Positions 8,460-18,971 of a DNA stretch of 64,000 bases are shown here, in pieces. The DNA is from a virus. A program made the translations under genes and the position numbers. The stretch lies in the IMG/VR virus record IMGVR_UViG_3300035698_006513, one strand, 5' to 3'. The number at the start of each line of letters is the position of its first letter. The stretch's first letter is position 1. The notes beneath the pieces were generated by a model. That model searched no databases and was not told the DNA's origin. It saw nothing but the letters and a program-made list of their open reading frames with translations.

Positions 8460-8990
8460 TTATTTTGTTCTGAACAGGCTACCCAGTAAGGTCCATTCGT
8501 ACGAGGATATGTTCCCCGAATGGATAGGTACCGCATCAACCGATTTCTTCACAGTAATCGTAATGTTATCGCTAGTAACCCTGACTACACACCAATGGCA
8601 CTCTTGCTCCAAACCTTCCGGAGTGAATTGCAGTAGCATGTCATGTGGGCGAGACGCGTTGTCTGAGTCATCACAGTCTATAAGAGACAGTCGTCTATAC
8701 TGATCCTTATCCACTTCTACCAGCGCATATGGCTGATGCTCACCATCATGAACCAGATCACTAGGCTCATCACCGCTGGTAGTAGCGTCCTCTATAATGT
8801 AGGAGGGTATACTATCAAAACGTGCGTTGGCTACGTCCCTCCTTACCTCTTGAGCCACCTGTAGCCACATTCGTTTACTTATGCGTATCCCAATCTTCAC
8901 ATCGATATTGTCGTAATCCTCTCGCAGTGGAGCTACTAATACAAAGTACGGTTCGTTGTCTGTGTCTCTGGGTAGTGTGACTTTTCTCAT
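8460..8990 (-). CDS. hypothetical protein (possible member of the shared-termini family)
   Basis: 176-aa ORF; N-terminal FVLVAPL motif, but no clear C-terminal tail motif. Confidence 0.65.
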   Translation of the reverse strand: MRKVTLPRDTDNEPYFVLVAPLREDYDNIDVKIGIRISKRMWLQVAQEVRRDVANARFDSIPSYIIEDATTSGDEPSDLVHDGEHQPYALVEVDKDQYRRLSLIDCDDSDNASRPHDMLLQFTPEGLEQECHWCVVRVTSDNITITVKKSVDAVPIHSGNISSYEWTLLGSLFRTK

Positions 8991-9340
8991 TATGATGATT
9001 CCTTATTGAGGTTCTCTGTTTTGAGTGCACGATCAAACTTACCATTAAGGAAGGTGATGACTTTTCCTCGCTCACCTTGACGCTTAACCCACTCACACAT
9101 AGGTACGAACATCTCTTTACAGATGATCCAGTACTTCTTGCCTAATGCTTCCTTAGCGTTTTCTTCTGGTACAACTTCAGACAATGCACGACTCAGCCAC
9201 CCAAGTTCTGTATGAGAGACTACTCCATTGAAAAAGGTTCTCACCAATTCGCGCGAGCTGCGCATAGGTGTATCGCCATTATTGTAGGTATCTTCTGGGA
9301 GTACCGTGTCTGGTCCCAAACCAAAAATTAGTGTACTCAT
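8990..9340 (-). CDS. hypothetical protein
   Basis: ATG 9340 follows AGGAG; TAATG coupling with the downstream gene. Confidence 0.65.
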   Translation of the reverse strand: MSTLIFGLGPDTVLPEDTYNNGDTPMRSSRELVRTFFNGVVSHTELGWLSRALSEVVPEENAKEALGKKYWIICKEMFVPMCEWVKRQGERGKVITFLNGKFDRALKTENLNKESS

Positions 9341-9409
9341 AGTATCTCCTAACAAGTTGAAATATAAGGCTTCTCCTACAGACGCCTCTTACTCACTTAT
9401 TACGTATTC

Positions 9410-9829
9410 CTACAGTAGTATACTCATAGGTAATGAAGGTGGTGCGTATGTAGGAGAAAAAGTACTCTCTCCGAAAGTTAGGATGCACTCCACCGAATAA
9501 TAACGACTTGCAGTCGCAGCGCCGTGCCATGCAATGTACGGGATACCACGGTGCAATATTACTCTCCTCGATAAATATTTGTTAGGTAGCACCGTGGTAC
9601 TCCACCTATCTGATGAATCCTTTATTACTATAGTGAGAGTGTCTACTTGCATATGTGGGTAGATACAGACCCTGTCAACCGTAGGAAACATGGATATTTC
9701 AGGTCTAGCCGTATCTATATCGCTCTTTATACACCGCCAGGTGTGTATATCTAGTCCTACTCCTATAGTACCTTTACCTGTCGCAGGAACGAGTATTACG
9801 TGCTCCCCGTTTCTAGGCATAACATTCAT
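9410..9829 (-). CDS. shared-termini family protein
   Basis: Start 9829 by ATGA overlap; VILVPA... and C-terminal PSLPMSILL. Confidence 0.6.
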   Translation of the reverse strand: MNVMPRNGEHVILVPATGKGTIGVGLDIHTWRCIKSDIDTARPEISMFPTVDRVCIYPHMQVDTLTIVIKDSSDRWSTTVLPNKYLSRRVILHRGIPYIAWHGAATASRYYSVECILTFGESTFSPTYAPPSLPMSILL

Positions 9830-10317
9830 AGTAACCTCGTTGCTGGCAGTTGAATACGGGATGGTTCTTCTCGTGTCTGCATATATTCGTTCCATATAAG
9901 TTGCATATCGCCTATATCTATCCTCTTCGATATATGACCCCCGCACGAAATACTCCACTGGTTGCGCTGAAAGCATATTTGTTTAGGCGCTCTGTGCTGA
10001 GATAGACTTCTTATCTTAGATATGTCTTTCATCTTGTATAATGTGTTAGTACATAAGCCGTAGAAACCTAGATTACCGCTAATATGAAACGCGGAGTTGA
10101 AGTCTAAATCATAATGACCGTAGTATCCCGCTTCCATGCCCTCTGTAATAATGGTCATTATGGTATCCCACACGAAGGGAAGGAACTTAATAACGAACAC
10201 AGGGTCATGTGACAGACCCTGTGTTAGTACAACCAAGTCATTTCTCTTTGGGAGTGTCCATACTTCTTTTATGGACTTCGTCAGACTGTGCCTATATTCA
10301 GGGTACTCTCGATTCAT
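9826..10317 (-). CDS. shared-termini family protein
   Basis: C-terminal IQLPATRLL. Confidence 0.6.
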   Translation of the reverse strand: MNREYPEYRHSLTKSIKEVWTLPKRNDLVVLTQGLSHDPVFVIKFLPFVWDTIMTIITEGMEAGYYGHYDLDFNSAFHISGNLGFYGLCTNTLYKMKDISKIRSLSQHRAPKQICFQRNQWSISCGGHISKRIDIGDMQLIWNEYMQTREEPSRIQLPATRLL

Positions 10318-11183
10318 ATGAGACCTCCTATATTACGAGGTAATTTAACCTCGCCTAAGTCTTCCGCTTCTTTGTCATCTTCGGGACCATCTTCCCCACC
10401 GTATATAGTTATCCTTCCAGCGTTCTCCATAGCGGATAGTTGGTTGAGTCTACCCATATTTATATGGGCCATAGTTCTCCACAGAGATCCGAGCTCATCT
10501 GCGGTAGCTCGGATCTCTCCACTTGCAGCGTCTAGGCTAGGTACAACTGCTACATTTTCTTCTACATAGCTACAAAAAGAGTCGAAAATAGAACTATTGC
10601 TAAGCTCACCTATGACCGGTGTGGGTGGCGTAAGCCGTGCTGGTCCGCGATGTAGAAACTCCCCCGGTACCTGCATAGCTGCCATGATTGCGTCCGAAGT
10701 GTAAATGTCGTTATCGGGACCTGACGCCCTAACATTAGATAGATCTACAGTGGCACCGATATGCGGTGCATTTACCCGCTCAAAGTCTACTACTCCACGC
10801 GAAGGTACTGTAAGGAATGTCTCATAGCTGTGTGGTGTGGTGGAGTATAACTCGCCCCCAACTCGCACCTCCCACACCAAGTACCGTGTATGAAACACAC
10901 AGTGCAATTTCTCCAGTACATATGATACGCGAGGCGCTCCCGGATTTCTGGTAACTACACTAACCGGAACATCTAAAGTACTGCAGTCATCCTCAATCCT
11001 CACTGTTCCAAGATCACTATGTTCTGCAGATAGCGTGGATAGAAACGTTTCTATTATGTTGAAGCTATTAAATTGTACATCAGATATTCTTACACGTAGA
11101 CTGAAATCCGCAACACTCCCATCCTCAGTACGTACAGGCATCAATATGCTTCTACATAGCCCTGACACTCTAAATACACTCAT
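10314..11183 (-). CDS. shared-termini family protein
   Basis: SILMPV... and C-terminal VKLPRNIGGLI; AAGGAG RBS. Confidence 0.65.
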   Translation of the reverse strand: MSVFRVSGLCRSILMPVRTEDGSVADFSLRVRISDVQFNSFNIIETFLSTLSAEHSDLGTVRIEDDCSTLDVPVSVVTRNPGAPRVSYVLEKLHCVFHTRYLVWEVRVGGELYSTTPHSYETFLTVPSRGVVDFERVNAPHIGATVDLSNVRASGPDNDIYTSDAIMAAMQVPGEFLHRGPARLTPPTPVIGELSNSSIFDSFCSYVEENVAVVPSLDAASGEIRATADELGSLWRTMAHINMGRLNQLSAMENAGRITIYGGEDGPEDDKEAEDLGEVKLPRNIGGLI

Positions 11184-11281
11184 GCCATCTCCTTACTTTT
11201 ATGTAAAACACAAACATCTCGAAAAGAACATTGATCTAAATGTTTGTTATCTACCTCTTCTGCCCATTTCACCGTACGTAA

Positions 11282-11836
11282 TTATAGTGTTACGTGAGGA
11301 ATGTGTAATTGGTGTGGTACTTGCTCCATAAGGCAAGACATCTCAGGTAATGCCAGGACAACACTGCGAGAATGTCTCGCAGTGTTTACTACACATCCGT
11401 GTAGCAGAACTGACCACCAAAGTTCTCCCTCTTTTCCGAAATGCAGGTAAGCACTTGTGTGATTCACTACAGTTCTAACGCGAATACTTGCCCATTCAAA
11501 TGCACTAGACGATGCGCTACTACCCGCCTCGCCACATAGGTACTCAAGAGATGTACCAGAGTACATATCCAGTATCATATTATGTTCAACGCTACCGAAC
11601 TTAACCACAAAACCTTGTTTGTTTACATTATACGCGTGTGTCAGGCTCGTAAACGGTATATTCTGATGATGAGATTTACTCTCTTTACTCATACGTGCAG
11701 CAGCATCACTCATTTCAACTAAATACATGATCTTGTCGAGTGTCAACTTTACGTACACAGCGTATTCCACTCTATTACCCCGTCTTTGTGGCCCATCACT
11801 TTCTGCTCTCAAACCCAACCTGATATACTTAGCCAT
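11282..11836 (-). CDS. shared-termini family protein
   Basis: C-terminal LHIPHVTL; AAGGAG RBS. Confidence 0.65.
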   Translation of the reverse strand: MAKYIRLGLRAESDGPQRRGNRVEYAVYVKLTLDKIMYLVEMSDAAARMSKESKSHHQNIPFTSLTHAYNVNKQGFVVKFGSVEHNMILDMYSGTSLEYLCGEAGSSASSSAFEWASIRVRTVVNHTSAYLHFGKEGELWWSVLLHGCVVNTARHSRSVVLALPEMSCLMEQVPHQLHIPHVTL

Positions 11837-11901
11837 ATCATCTCCTTGCGAAACACCTATCCTAGTGTTTTTGTTAATCTATAGCACAAAGCGAAACTTC
11901 T

Positions 11902-12420
11902 CTAAACTACCACAATGGGAATATGAGGCTCTTGGAGTATCTCCTGTACCTCTTGCTCTATGTGCTCTACTAATTTTAGTAGAAAATCTAGAGCCGTCCT
12001 CGTAAGTCCCGCGGATACACCTTTATCTATAGAGACGCGTAAACTATTTTCTAAGGAACGTACGCGTAATATAGGAATGACGATATCACCCCTCTTAGGG
12101 TCGTACTCAGTATAAGCGGCGTAAGAAGAGTTGTACTTTATCTCTAATGTTCCCGATCTATCTATAGCTACCACCGTTCGTAACGGAGTATTGTTAAATA
12201 GACCAGGGCAGAATACCCCGTCTGAGTGGCAATTACGCATCCTGCCTTGCATTACAAGATCCACAAACATCTCCGCGCGCCTCATATCACTGCCCGAACC
12301 GCGCATGAAGTTATAAGATGCGTCCATGATACTTAGTAGACCACGTACCCCATCCGCAGTAAGGTCTAATATCAGTGTACGCTGTCCTCTAGTAGGTATA
12401 CATACTCTCACGGTGTTCAT
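11902..12420 (-). CDS. shared-termini family protein
   Basis: VRVCIPTRGQRTLILDLTA... and C-terminal PHIPIVVV. Confidence 0.65.
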   Translation of the reverse strand: MNTVRVCIPTRGQRTLILDLTADGVRGLLSIMDASYNFMRGSGSDMRRAEMFVDLVMQGRMRNCHSDGVFCPGLFNNTPLRTVVAIDRSGTLEIKYNSSYAAYTEYDPKRGDIVIPILRVRSLENSLRVSIDKGVSAGLTRTALDFLLKLVEHIEQEVQEILQEPHIPIVVV

Positions 12421-12426
12421 AATAAC

Positions 12427-12954
12427 TCATGGCCTCACTAACGGTAATTGTACTGTGGGTACAATATTATCTCGTTCAAGTCTCAGGCAAGACAGGACTA
12501 TAGCTATCTCTTCTGGAAATATCTGCTCCGATTTTCCTAAACCATCCACCTCCCAGTGCACACACTCACTAGAGAACACTATAGATGAGTTAGTATCTTC
12601 GTACTCCTCTACACCATCACACACATTACCCTGCGTCACTCCAACTACATCGCCATTGGTACCTGTATCCACACCTACGGATATAGAGTACAATGACCTA
12701 TTTTGCATATACCCAGGCAGGTATATATAAGGAGCACGTCTAATTATCACTCCGCTATTTTCGTACTTTGTTGCGTACAGACGCAACTGACGTAATGCGT
12801 AGTTATAATATATATCTATCATATTCGTTATCATGTGCGTCCACATAGTCAGCTGTGGCTTATCTACCCTGTGCAATAGAGTGTGCTCTGTGCCTATAGG
12901 AACTGCCATCATCATTGTAGGAAAGTTATCACTATCTTGTGGCAAATCAGTCAT
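12427..12954 (-). CDS. shared-termini family protein
   Basis: MMMAVPIG... and C-terminal VQLPLVRP. Confidence 0.65.
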   Translation of the reverse strand: MTDLPQDSDNFPTMMMAVPIGTEHTLLHRVDKPQLTMWTHMITNMIDIYYNYALRQLRLYATKYENSGVIIRRAPYIYLPGYMQNRSLYSISVGVDTGTNGDVVGVTQGNVCDGVEEYEDTNSSIVFSSECVHWEVDGLGKSEQIFPEEIAIVLSCLRLERDNIVPTVQLPLVRP

Positions 12955-13585
12955 ACTTATAATCCTCTACACCCTGCAGTACAGCAAACCTGTGTATACG
13001 AATCCACTGTTCGTCTAGTCTTGCGTCTGATGCGTCCAGATTATATGGACCAGTAAACGCACTCTCTACGAAATCTCGTAAAAACTCCCCTCCTACGATA
13101 GGCTGAGGTGTGTTTGTGTGCTTCAACATCAGATTTATTGTGGATGACGCTGTATTATCTGCGTGCGGATATGAGTAATCTAGGTCTACGCGTTTCATAC
13201 CCATACCTGCGTACCACTTTGCCTGTCTGTCCTTTGCCTCCAATACAATCCAATCAAATTGCGGATGGTTTGCGTACGAGTTTACTACATACGAAAACAC
13301 CTCTGACCCATATCCACGTCCTTGTACGGTTGTGCACATAGACAGGTATGACAGCAGTACGTATTTGTGTTTGATGTTCTCGTGCACTACGTAAAAACCT
13401 ATTATACCCGTCTTCATTCGCACAATATACACTTTATACACTTTCTTGCGGACAGATTCTGTCATACTGCGGATAGATTCACGTTCCCGTGCAGGAAAGA
13501 CGTCTCCGTACATAGAAATAAACGTTGACCATGTGAATCCGTACGCTTTATGTAGCTGTTTTATCGTTAAACGTCCCATACTCAT
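12947..13585 (-). CDS. GNAT-family acetyltransferase
   Basis: Acetyl-CoA motif A YLSMCTTVQGRGYGS and motif B KWYAGMGM. Confidence 0.75.
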   Translation of the reverse strand: MSMGRLTIKQLHKAYGFTWSTFISMYGDVFPARERESIRSMTESVRKKVYKVYIVRMKTGIIGFYVVHENIKHKYVLLSYLSMCTTVQGRGYGSEVFSYVVNSYANHPQFDWIVLEAKDRQAKWYAGMGMKRVDLDYSYPHADNTASSTINLMLKHTNTPQPIVGGEFLRDFVESAFTGPYNLDASDARLDEQWIRIHRFAVLQGVEDYKYD

Positions 13586-13676
13586 CCCCTATTGGTTATA
13601 GTTGTACGACATCTTGTACCTGTTACGTCCCGCAATATTATTCTCTATTGCTTATAATTAAGGTAGCGGATATTAT

Positions 13677-16600
13677 ATGGGTAACTCAGTTCGCTACCCC
13701 AAAACTACGTTAACGGAGAAAGATATGCCTACATACCCAATTTCATGGCCCGAGGAACTCACTCACCACATAGCTACGCATTGGTTTAATGAGGAATTTT
13801 CTATCCTAAGAGAGAGTCTGAGGGGAGCATTTCTTTCTGTTGAGGGTAAAATCGCAGGTATGCCTATTAAAGGCACAGTAGATGTAGCAACAGTATCTGT
13901 ATTAACTGATACACCTGTTTACGACAATACTGCAGGTACGCTGACTGCTGCAGGAACAGCCACAATAACACCCATAGACGGAATCACACTCGTTGTAGGA
14001 AGCCGCATACTGGTTAAAGATCAGGTAGACGCAAAACACAACGGATTATACGTAGTTTCTGTTCTGGGGGATGGCGCTACTGTAGGTTATGTACTCACTC
14101 GCTCTGTAGACGCAGATGAGTCCGTAGAACTGACAAACAATATGATTGTTGGTGTTAGAGTAGGGACTATCAACGATGACAAGAGATTCCAACTCACAAC
14201 CGACGACGCTCCTATAGTGATAGGGACTACCGACTTGGTATTTGAAGAGTATACCGGCGGCGGGACTATGTGGGTAGACATAGGATCTGATACTGCAGCG
14301 GTCACAGGGTCCGGGTATCTAATATCTGCTGCTAGTAATCCCGTAGACCTGACTTTACCCTTGGCACCTAATGTCGGTGACCAAGTAAAGGTCAAAGTTT
14401 ACGACGTTACGAATCCTGTAAACGTATTAAGGAACTTCGCGAACATACAGGGAGCAGCCAGTGACTACCCTGTAACAAATCTATCTGGATTCTCACTTGT
14501 CTACGCAGGCGCAACAGAAGGATGGACAATAACAGACAATATTATTGTACCTCCGATACTAACTGCAGACCAGATAGCGTCATTCCCTGTAGGGGCTAGT
14601 GCTATCAATCCATTAGCACTTGCGTCAGACGCACGATTCCCTACTACGGATGAAAAAGCGTCATTTCCTGCAACAGCCAGTGCAGCATTACCTTTGGCAC
14701 TGGAGTCTGATACGCGTTTCCCCACTGCTAACGAGAAAGCATCATTCCCTGCTGGAGCAACAGCAATAAATCCTCTGGCGCTACTATCAGACATTGAGGG
14801 GTTAGAGTGGACGGTCATATCTGCAGATACGCTCGCTGTCAATAAAATCGGGTACATGATAGACGGATCTACTTCTACCGTAGACCTAACTCTCCCACTA
14901 GGACCTTCTGTGGGAGACATTGTTGGTGTCGCCGCTTTCAATGTAACTAACACAGTTCGGGTTATGCGAAACGGCAGCAACATCAAGAGTATAGCAGACG
15001 ATATAGAGTTGGATGTGGAATCTGGGTTTACCTTGGCCTACACTGGAGCTACTGCAGGTTGGATTTTAGTTACTGAGATTTCGGGTGGTGAAACAATAGC
15101 TACGGTATTTGACGGTATATACTGCGTTAAAGGCACAGTCACCACTAAGCATGACACGATTGCCGCCGCCTTAGTCGTCGCTGGTGGGTCCGGTCTCGTG
15201 TTAGTAGGACCGGGGTCCTACGCAGAATCTATTACTATAGATGGAGATGAGACTGTTAAGTCGTTAGGTGGCGCTAACGTAACTTCAATTACAGGCGCTG
15301 CTGCTACTGGAGCTCGGGTAACATTTGCGGGGACTAATTCCAAGATAAATGGTTTTAGTATACTTCAACCCACAGATGCTACTCCTGCTATTCTTCATAA
15401 TCATGCAGGTGTTAGTACCGCTAAAGACTGCTTCCTTGCAGGATCCGGGGCAAGCGGTAAAGGTGTATCCTTAACCGGTGCAGGGACTATGATTGGTTCT
15501 GGCATCACTTACGTTTCTGGTACATGCGATACAATATTTGAAGTAGACGGTGTCGGACACATGACAATCAACAACTTCTCTGTCATAGGGGCAACTGCTG
15601 CTGCAGCATTTAGTGCTAGTGGTGGAGGTAAACTATCAGCCCAGACAGGAAGTATTTCCTCTTCTACACTTACTGATGGATTCTTAGTTGCAGATGGGGA
15701 TGTTACTATTGGCGAAGTCAATTTCCTAGACACAGGAACAACTGTCAATGGTATTCACGCTACACACGCAGATTCACATATTGACGCTCACGGTATCAAT
15801 ATGGAGACAAATGTAGATAACCACATTTTAGTAGACCCTGCAATCATTCCTACAGCAGTTCATGTTTCGTCTGCGGATCTTATACGAGATAGAATTAGTT
15901 ACGATGCAGCTGCAGCAGTAAGCGTCGCGATCCAATTCTCTGATTCTACAGAAGGAGATGTTGGAACCTGTTTTCATGGTGAAGTAGCTGTGGGTAGACC
16001 TGAAAATGGAAATGAGTTAATCGCAGGTGAGGGCGATTCCTATACCAGAGGTATGCAGGTACTAACGACAGACGGAACGGCTGACGCCACTACAGATGGT
16101 GGAAATCTTACAGACGTTTCCGCTGCCGCAGCTTCAGCTAGTGGGTCTACATTCACGTTCCAAGATGTAACCGCAGGTCATGCCATTATCGTAGGGTCAT
16201 CTCTTTCGGGGGATACTGACGTACTCAAGCACTGGGGACTGAAGACCTCACAAACGACTGCTGCGGTTGAAGTTACTAAACGCTCATTCTTGGTAGAGAA
16301 GTCGACAACAGCTGGATGGACTCCCGTCGGAGTTATGACCACACACTCCAGTAATTTTTATCGGTACGCGAATGAGCTCTTTATTCGCACGAACACCTCC
16401 GAGCACCTACGATATGGTCTGTCTGCTGAGTCGACATGGAATAAGCGGACTATTAACGGCGATAATCTGTACTGGATGCGTATACGCATTCTTACTACGG
16501 TAACTACCGCTCCTGTGTTCGAGCAGTTCAAGTTATCCTCCAACCGTTTTGAAGCAAATGGGGACGGAACCAACACGTATCACGGTAATAGTCGCTACAT

Positions 16601-17171
16601 TACTACCCTCCAAGGAATCGGTAATATATTTGCAGAATCAGGTGGAGTTGTTAATGGTAATATAGCTGTTGGATCAGGCGGTCTACCCACTGGTTGGAAT
16701 CATGAATACCTAAACGCAGAACTGAATGCAGATGGCGATGCCACATATATGCAATTCAACCTACCTCGCGGTATAGACACGTCATTCCCCCTAGAAGTCG
16801 ACCTGACTTACGGATTAGATGTCCAGAGTGCCACACCAGCAAGTCTGATTATGTCCCTTATTCCTGTAGAGGTGGCCGGTGTGATTGAGGCGGACCCAAG
16901 TGGAGGGACGGCACCAATCGCAAGAACTCTAGGCGAAACAGAAACACTCACAGGCAAAGTTGGCTATAGCGACACTCAGTCTATCGATGTTTCAGACTCA
17001 GACAAACTCCAGAAGACCACCTTCACAGGTTTTGACGTTTCCTCTTACTATGAGGGGGATATGTGTTTCGTCCGACTAGAGGGGGATAACATCAATACAT
17101 CTGATATTATTATATTCTCCTTGGGTTTCCGTACGGTGTTCTGGACCAACGGTGAGCATCTAAACCTCTAG
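13677..17171 (+). CDS. tail fibre / receptor-binding protein (1164 aa)
   Basis: N-terminal IDGITL..GSRILVKDQ...NGLYVV fibre domain; two T4 gp34-like repeats (GY.I....VDLTLPL.P.VGD.V); beta-rich middle. Confidence 0.8.
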   Translation: MGNSVRYPKTTLTEKDMPTYPISWPEELTHHIATHWFNEEFSILRESLRGAFLSVEGKIAGMPIKGTVDVATVSVLTDTPVYDNTAGTLTAAGTATITPIDGITLVVGSRILVKDQVDAKHNGLYVVSVLGDGATVGYVLTRSVDADESVELTNNMIVGVRVGTINDDKRFQLTTDDAPIVIGTTDLVFEEYTGGGTMWVDIGSDTAAVTGSGYLISAASNPVDLTLPLAPNVGDQVKVKVYDVTNPVNVLRNFANIQGAASDYPVTNLSGFSLVYAGATEGWTITDNIIVPPILTADQIASFPVGASAINPLALASDARFPTTDEKASFPATASAALPLALESDTRFPTANEKASFPAGATAINPLALLSDIEGLEWTVISADTLAVNKIGYMIDGSTSTVDLTLPLGPSVGDIVGVAAFNVTNTVRVMRNGSNIKSIADDIELDVESGFTLAYTGATAGWILVTEISGGETIATVFDGIYCVKGTVTTKHDTIAAALVVAGGSGLVLVGPGSYAESITIDGDETVKSLGGANVTSITGAAATGARVTFAGTNSKINGFSILQPTDATPAILHNHAGVSTAKDCFLAGSGASGKGVSLTGAGTMIGSGITYVSGTCDTIFEVDGVGHMTINNFSVIGATAAAAFSASGGGKLSAQTGSISSSTLTDGFLVADGDVTIGEVNFLDTGTTVNGIHATHADSHIDAHGINMETNVDNHILVDPAIIPTAVHVSSADLIRDRISYDAAAAVSVAIQFSDSTEGDVGTCFHGEVAVGRPENGNELIAGEGDSYTRGMQVLTTDGTADATTDGGNLTDVSAAAASASGSTFTFQDVTAGHAIIVGSSLSGDTDVLKHWGLKTSQTTAAVEVTKRSFLVEKSTTAGWTPVGVMTTHSSNFYRYANELFIRTNTSEHLRYGLSAESTWNKRTINGDNLYWMRIRILTTVTTAPVFEQFKLSSNRFEANGDGTNTYHGNSRYITTLQGIGNIFAESGGVVNGNIAVGSGGLPTGWNHEYLNAELNADGDATYMQFNLPRGIDTSFPLEVDLTYGLDVQSATPASLIMSLIPVEVAGVIEADPSGGTAPIARTLGETETLTGKVGYSDTQSIDVSDSDKLQKTTFTGFDVSSYYEGDMCFVRLEGDNINTSDIIIFSLGFRTVFWTNGEHLNL
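14578..14795 (+). repeat. three 81-bp (27-aa) tandem repeats inside the fibre gene
   Basis: ASFP....A..PLAL.SD.RFPT..EK units start at 14578, 14659 and 14740. Confidence 0.85.
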
Positions 17172-17180
17172 GAGAATACA

Positions 17181-17600
17181 ATGGTCTTGAAAATAAGCGA
17201 ACTCTACCCTAAGTCTGTACTAGCTGCGAATGCTAGCACGGTGACGAGCAGTTTTAATAGCAATTTATCTGCTGCTGATCCCGTTGTGCAATCAGCACTT
17301 GAAACTCTAGATGATAAACCTATCATCACTTCTGATCAGGCAGCTGCATTTCCAACTGGTGCTGACGCAAGCAATCAGCTTTTAACAAGTGGCAGATATG
17401 AGAACGACCTATCGGCTGTCGTTGATGCTACCAGACTTCAAAGTGCTACCTTTACTGGCTTTGACATTTCTAAATACTATGAAGGAGATATGTGTCTTGT
17501 TCGTGTAGATGGGAATAGCATTGGTTCTGCCGATATTATTATTATGTCACTTGGGTTCCGTGCTGCCCATTGGACACATGGCGAACACCTAAACGCATAG
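17181..17600 (+). CDS. chimeric fibre-associated protein
   Basis: N-terminus paralogous to 17610..18437; C-terminus paralogous to 13677..17171; AGGAG RBS. Confidence 0.75.
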   Translation: MVLKISELYPKSVLAANASTVTSSFNSNLSAADPVVQSALETLDDKPIITSDQAAAFPTGADASNQLLTSGRYENDLSAVVDATRLQSATFTGFDISKYYEGDMCLVRVDGNSIGSADIIIMSLGFRAAHWTHGEHLNA

Positions 17601-17609
17601 GAGATTATT

Positions 17610-18437
17610 ATGGCTCAGAAAATTAGTGAACTTTTCCCAAACTCTGTTCTTGCGGCTAATGCCAACACAGATACTAGTAACTTTGATACCAAACTTTCGG
17701 TAGCAGACACAACGGTACAAGCTGCACTTGAAACTCTTGATGCCCATGTTGGTGTAGCTCTTAAAGGTTTTTACGATGTTACTGGCTCAGCAGGTAGTGA
17801 TCAAGATATAGCTGTTCCTGCTGGCTCAACCTCTTTTAAATTCAGAGGAGTGGCAGCAGGTGGTGGTGGAGGTGGAGTAGGTGCTTTCTACGATAAAGGA
17901 GGCGGTGGAGGCGCTGGAGAGTATGGTGAAGGATATCTGCTGGGTTTGACAGGAGTAACTCATGTTCGTATAAATCTTGGAACAGGTGGAGTAAAAGCTG
18001 CAGCTACTAATCAGCGTGGAGGGACTGGCGGAGATACCGTAATTTCTAAAGTGATAGCAGCTACTCCTACTTTACTGGCAACTTTGAAAGGAGGCACTGG
18101 TGGGGCATCTGGTGATGACTATGGCGTAGCAGGCCCTGGTGGTACCGGTGGTACTGTACCAATTAACTCTTTTCTTGTTGATGGGCCAAATGGTAATGAC
18201 GGACGGAATTCAGGAACGACAGTGAATCATCACTATTACTTAGGAAATGGAGGTAATAGTAAATTAGGTAGTGGTGGGAAATCAGGATCAGATCGAATAG
18301 GAGCGGGGGCAGGTACTGGAGATGTAGCGACTGTTGGTAAATATGGTGGTGGAGGCGCTGGCGGGATATACGATACAGTTGTTTTTGATCCATCTGCTGC
18401 TGGAGATGGCCGAGTTATTCTAGAATTCTTTGGGTAA
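17610..18437 (+). CDS. glycine-rich tail fibre/virion protein
   Basis: AAGGGGGG...GGGGGAG...G.GG...GDGRVILEF glycine-rich domain typical of phage fibres. Confidence 0.75.
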   Translation: MAQKISELFPNSVLAANANTDTSNFDTKLSVADTTVQAALETLDAHVGVALKGFYDVTGSAGSDQDIAVPAGSTSFKFRGVAAGGGGGGVGAFYDKGGGGGAGEYGEGYLLGLTGVTHVRINLGTGGVKAAATNQRGGTGGDTVISKVIAATPTLLATLKGGTGGASGDDYGVAGPGGTGGTVPINSFLVDGPNGNDGRNSGTTVNHHYYLGNGGNSKLGSGGKSGSDRIGAGAGTGDVATVGKYGGGGAGGIYDTVVFDPSAAGDGRVILEFFG

Positions 18438-18593
18438 AATGAGGTGTAATGATGAGTCAGAGTTGATCCTTTCTTTAGTTATCTTCCATCCTCAGTTCAA
18501 GTTTATGTCTCGTATCCAAACTCTACTGTCCGAGCAAACTCTACCATCCAGCACGGTGTCGAATACGTCGCGTAGCAGACACGCGTACCCAAT

Positions 18594-18640
18594 CAGCTAA
18601 AAAGAAGACGATCCCTCCTCCGTACTCGTCTTTTTAGCTG
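18594..18640. terminator. bidirectional hairpin terminator
   Basis: CAGCTAAAAAGAAGACGA...TCGTCTTTTTAGCTG between convergent genes. Confidence 0.55.
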
Positions 18641-18937
18641 TTATACGCGAACCGGAGGCAGACTCACTTCCCCTTGTCTAGGTCCGCATAGGATACGCCA
18701 AGCCTCAAGCAAGCATTCTCCTTTATCCACAAACATATTCCCCGTAATCTCTTGGTATCTCAAGAAAGATAGCCATTTACCTTCCACAGGGAAATACGTA
18801 CAGAAATAATCAGGTCGCACTTTCTGGATAGCCCTGAGTATTCTCTCCTTGCTGTTTACCTCTCTCTGAAGATCTGAGCAACAGGATCCGTTGTAGCATC
18901 GCCTATCCGTGGCGTAGTGTAGTCTCGGTTCTTTCAT
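18641..18937 (-). CDS. hypothetical protein with family C-terminal tail
   Basis: C-terminal VSLPPVRV; GGAG RBS. Confidence 0.6.
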   Translation of the reverse strand: MKEPRLHYATDRRCYNGSCCSDLQREVNSKERILRAIQKVRPDYFCTYFPVEGKWLSFLRYQEITGNMFVDKGECLLEAWRILCGPRQGEVSLPPVRV

Positions 18938-18971
18938 TGTACATCTCCATTCGTTCTACTAGTGAGTATCC

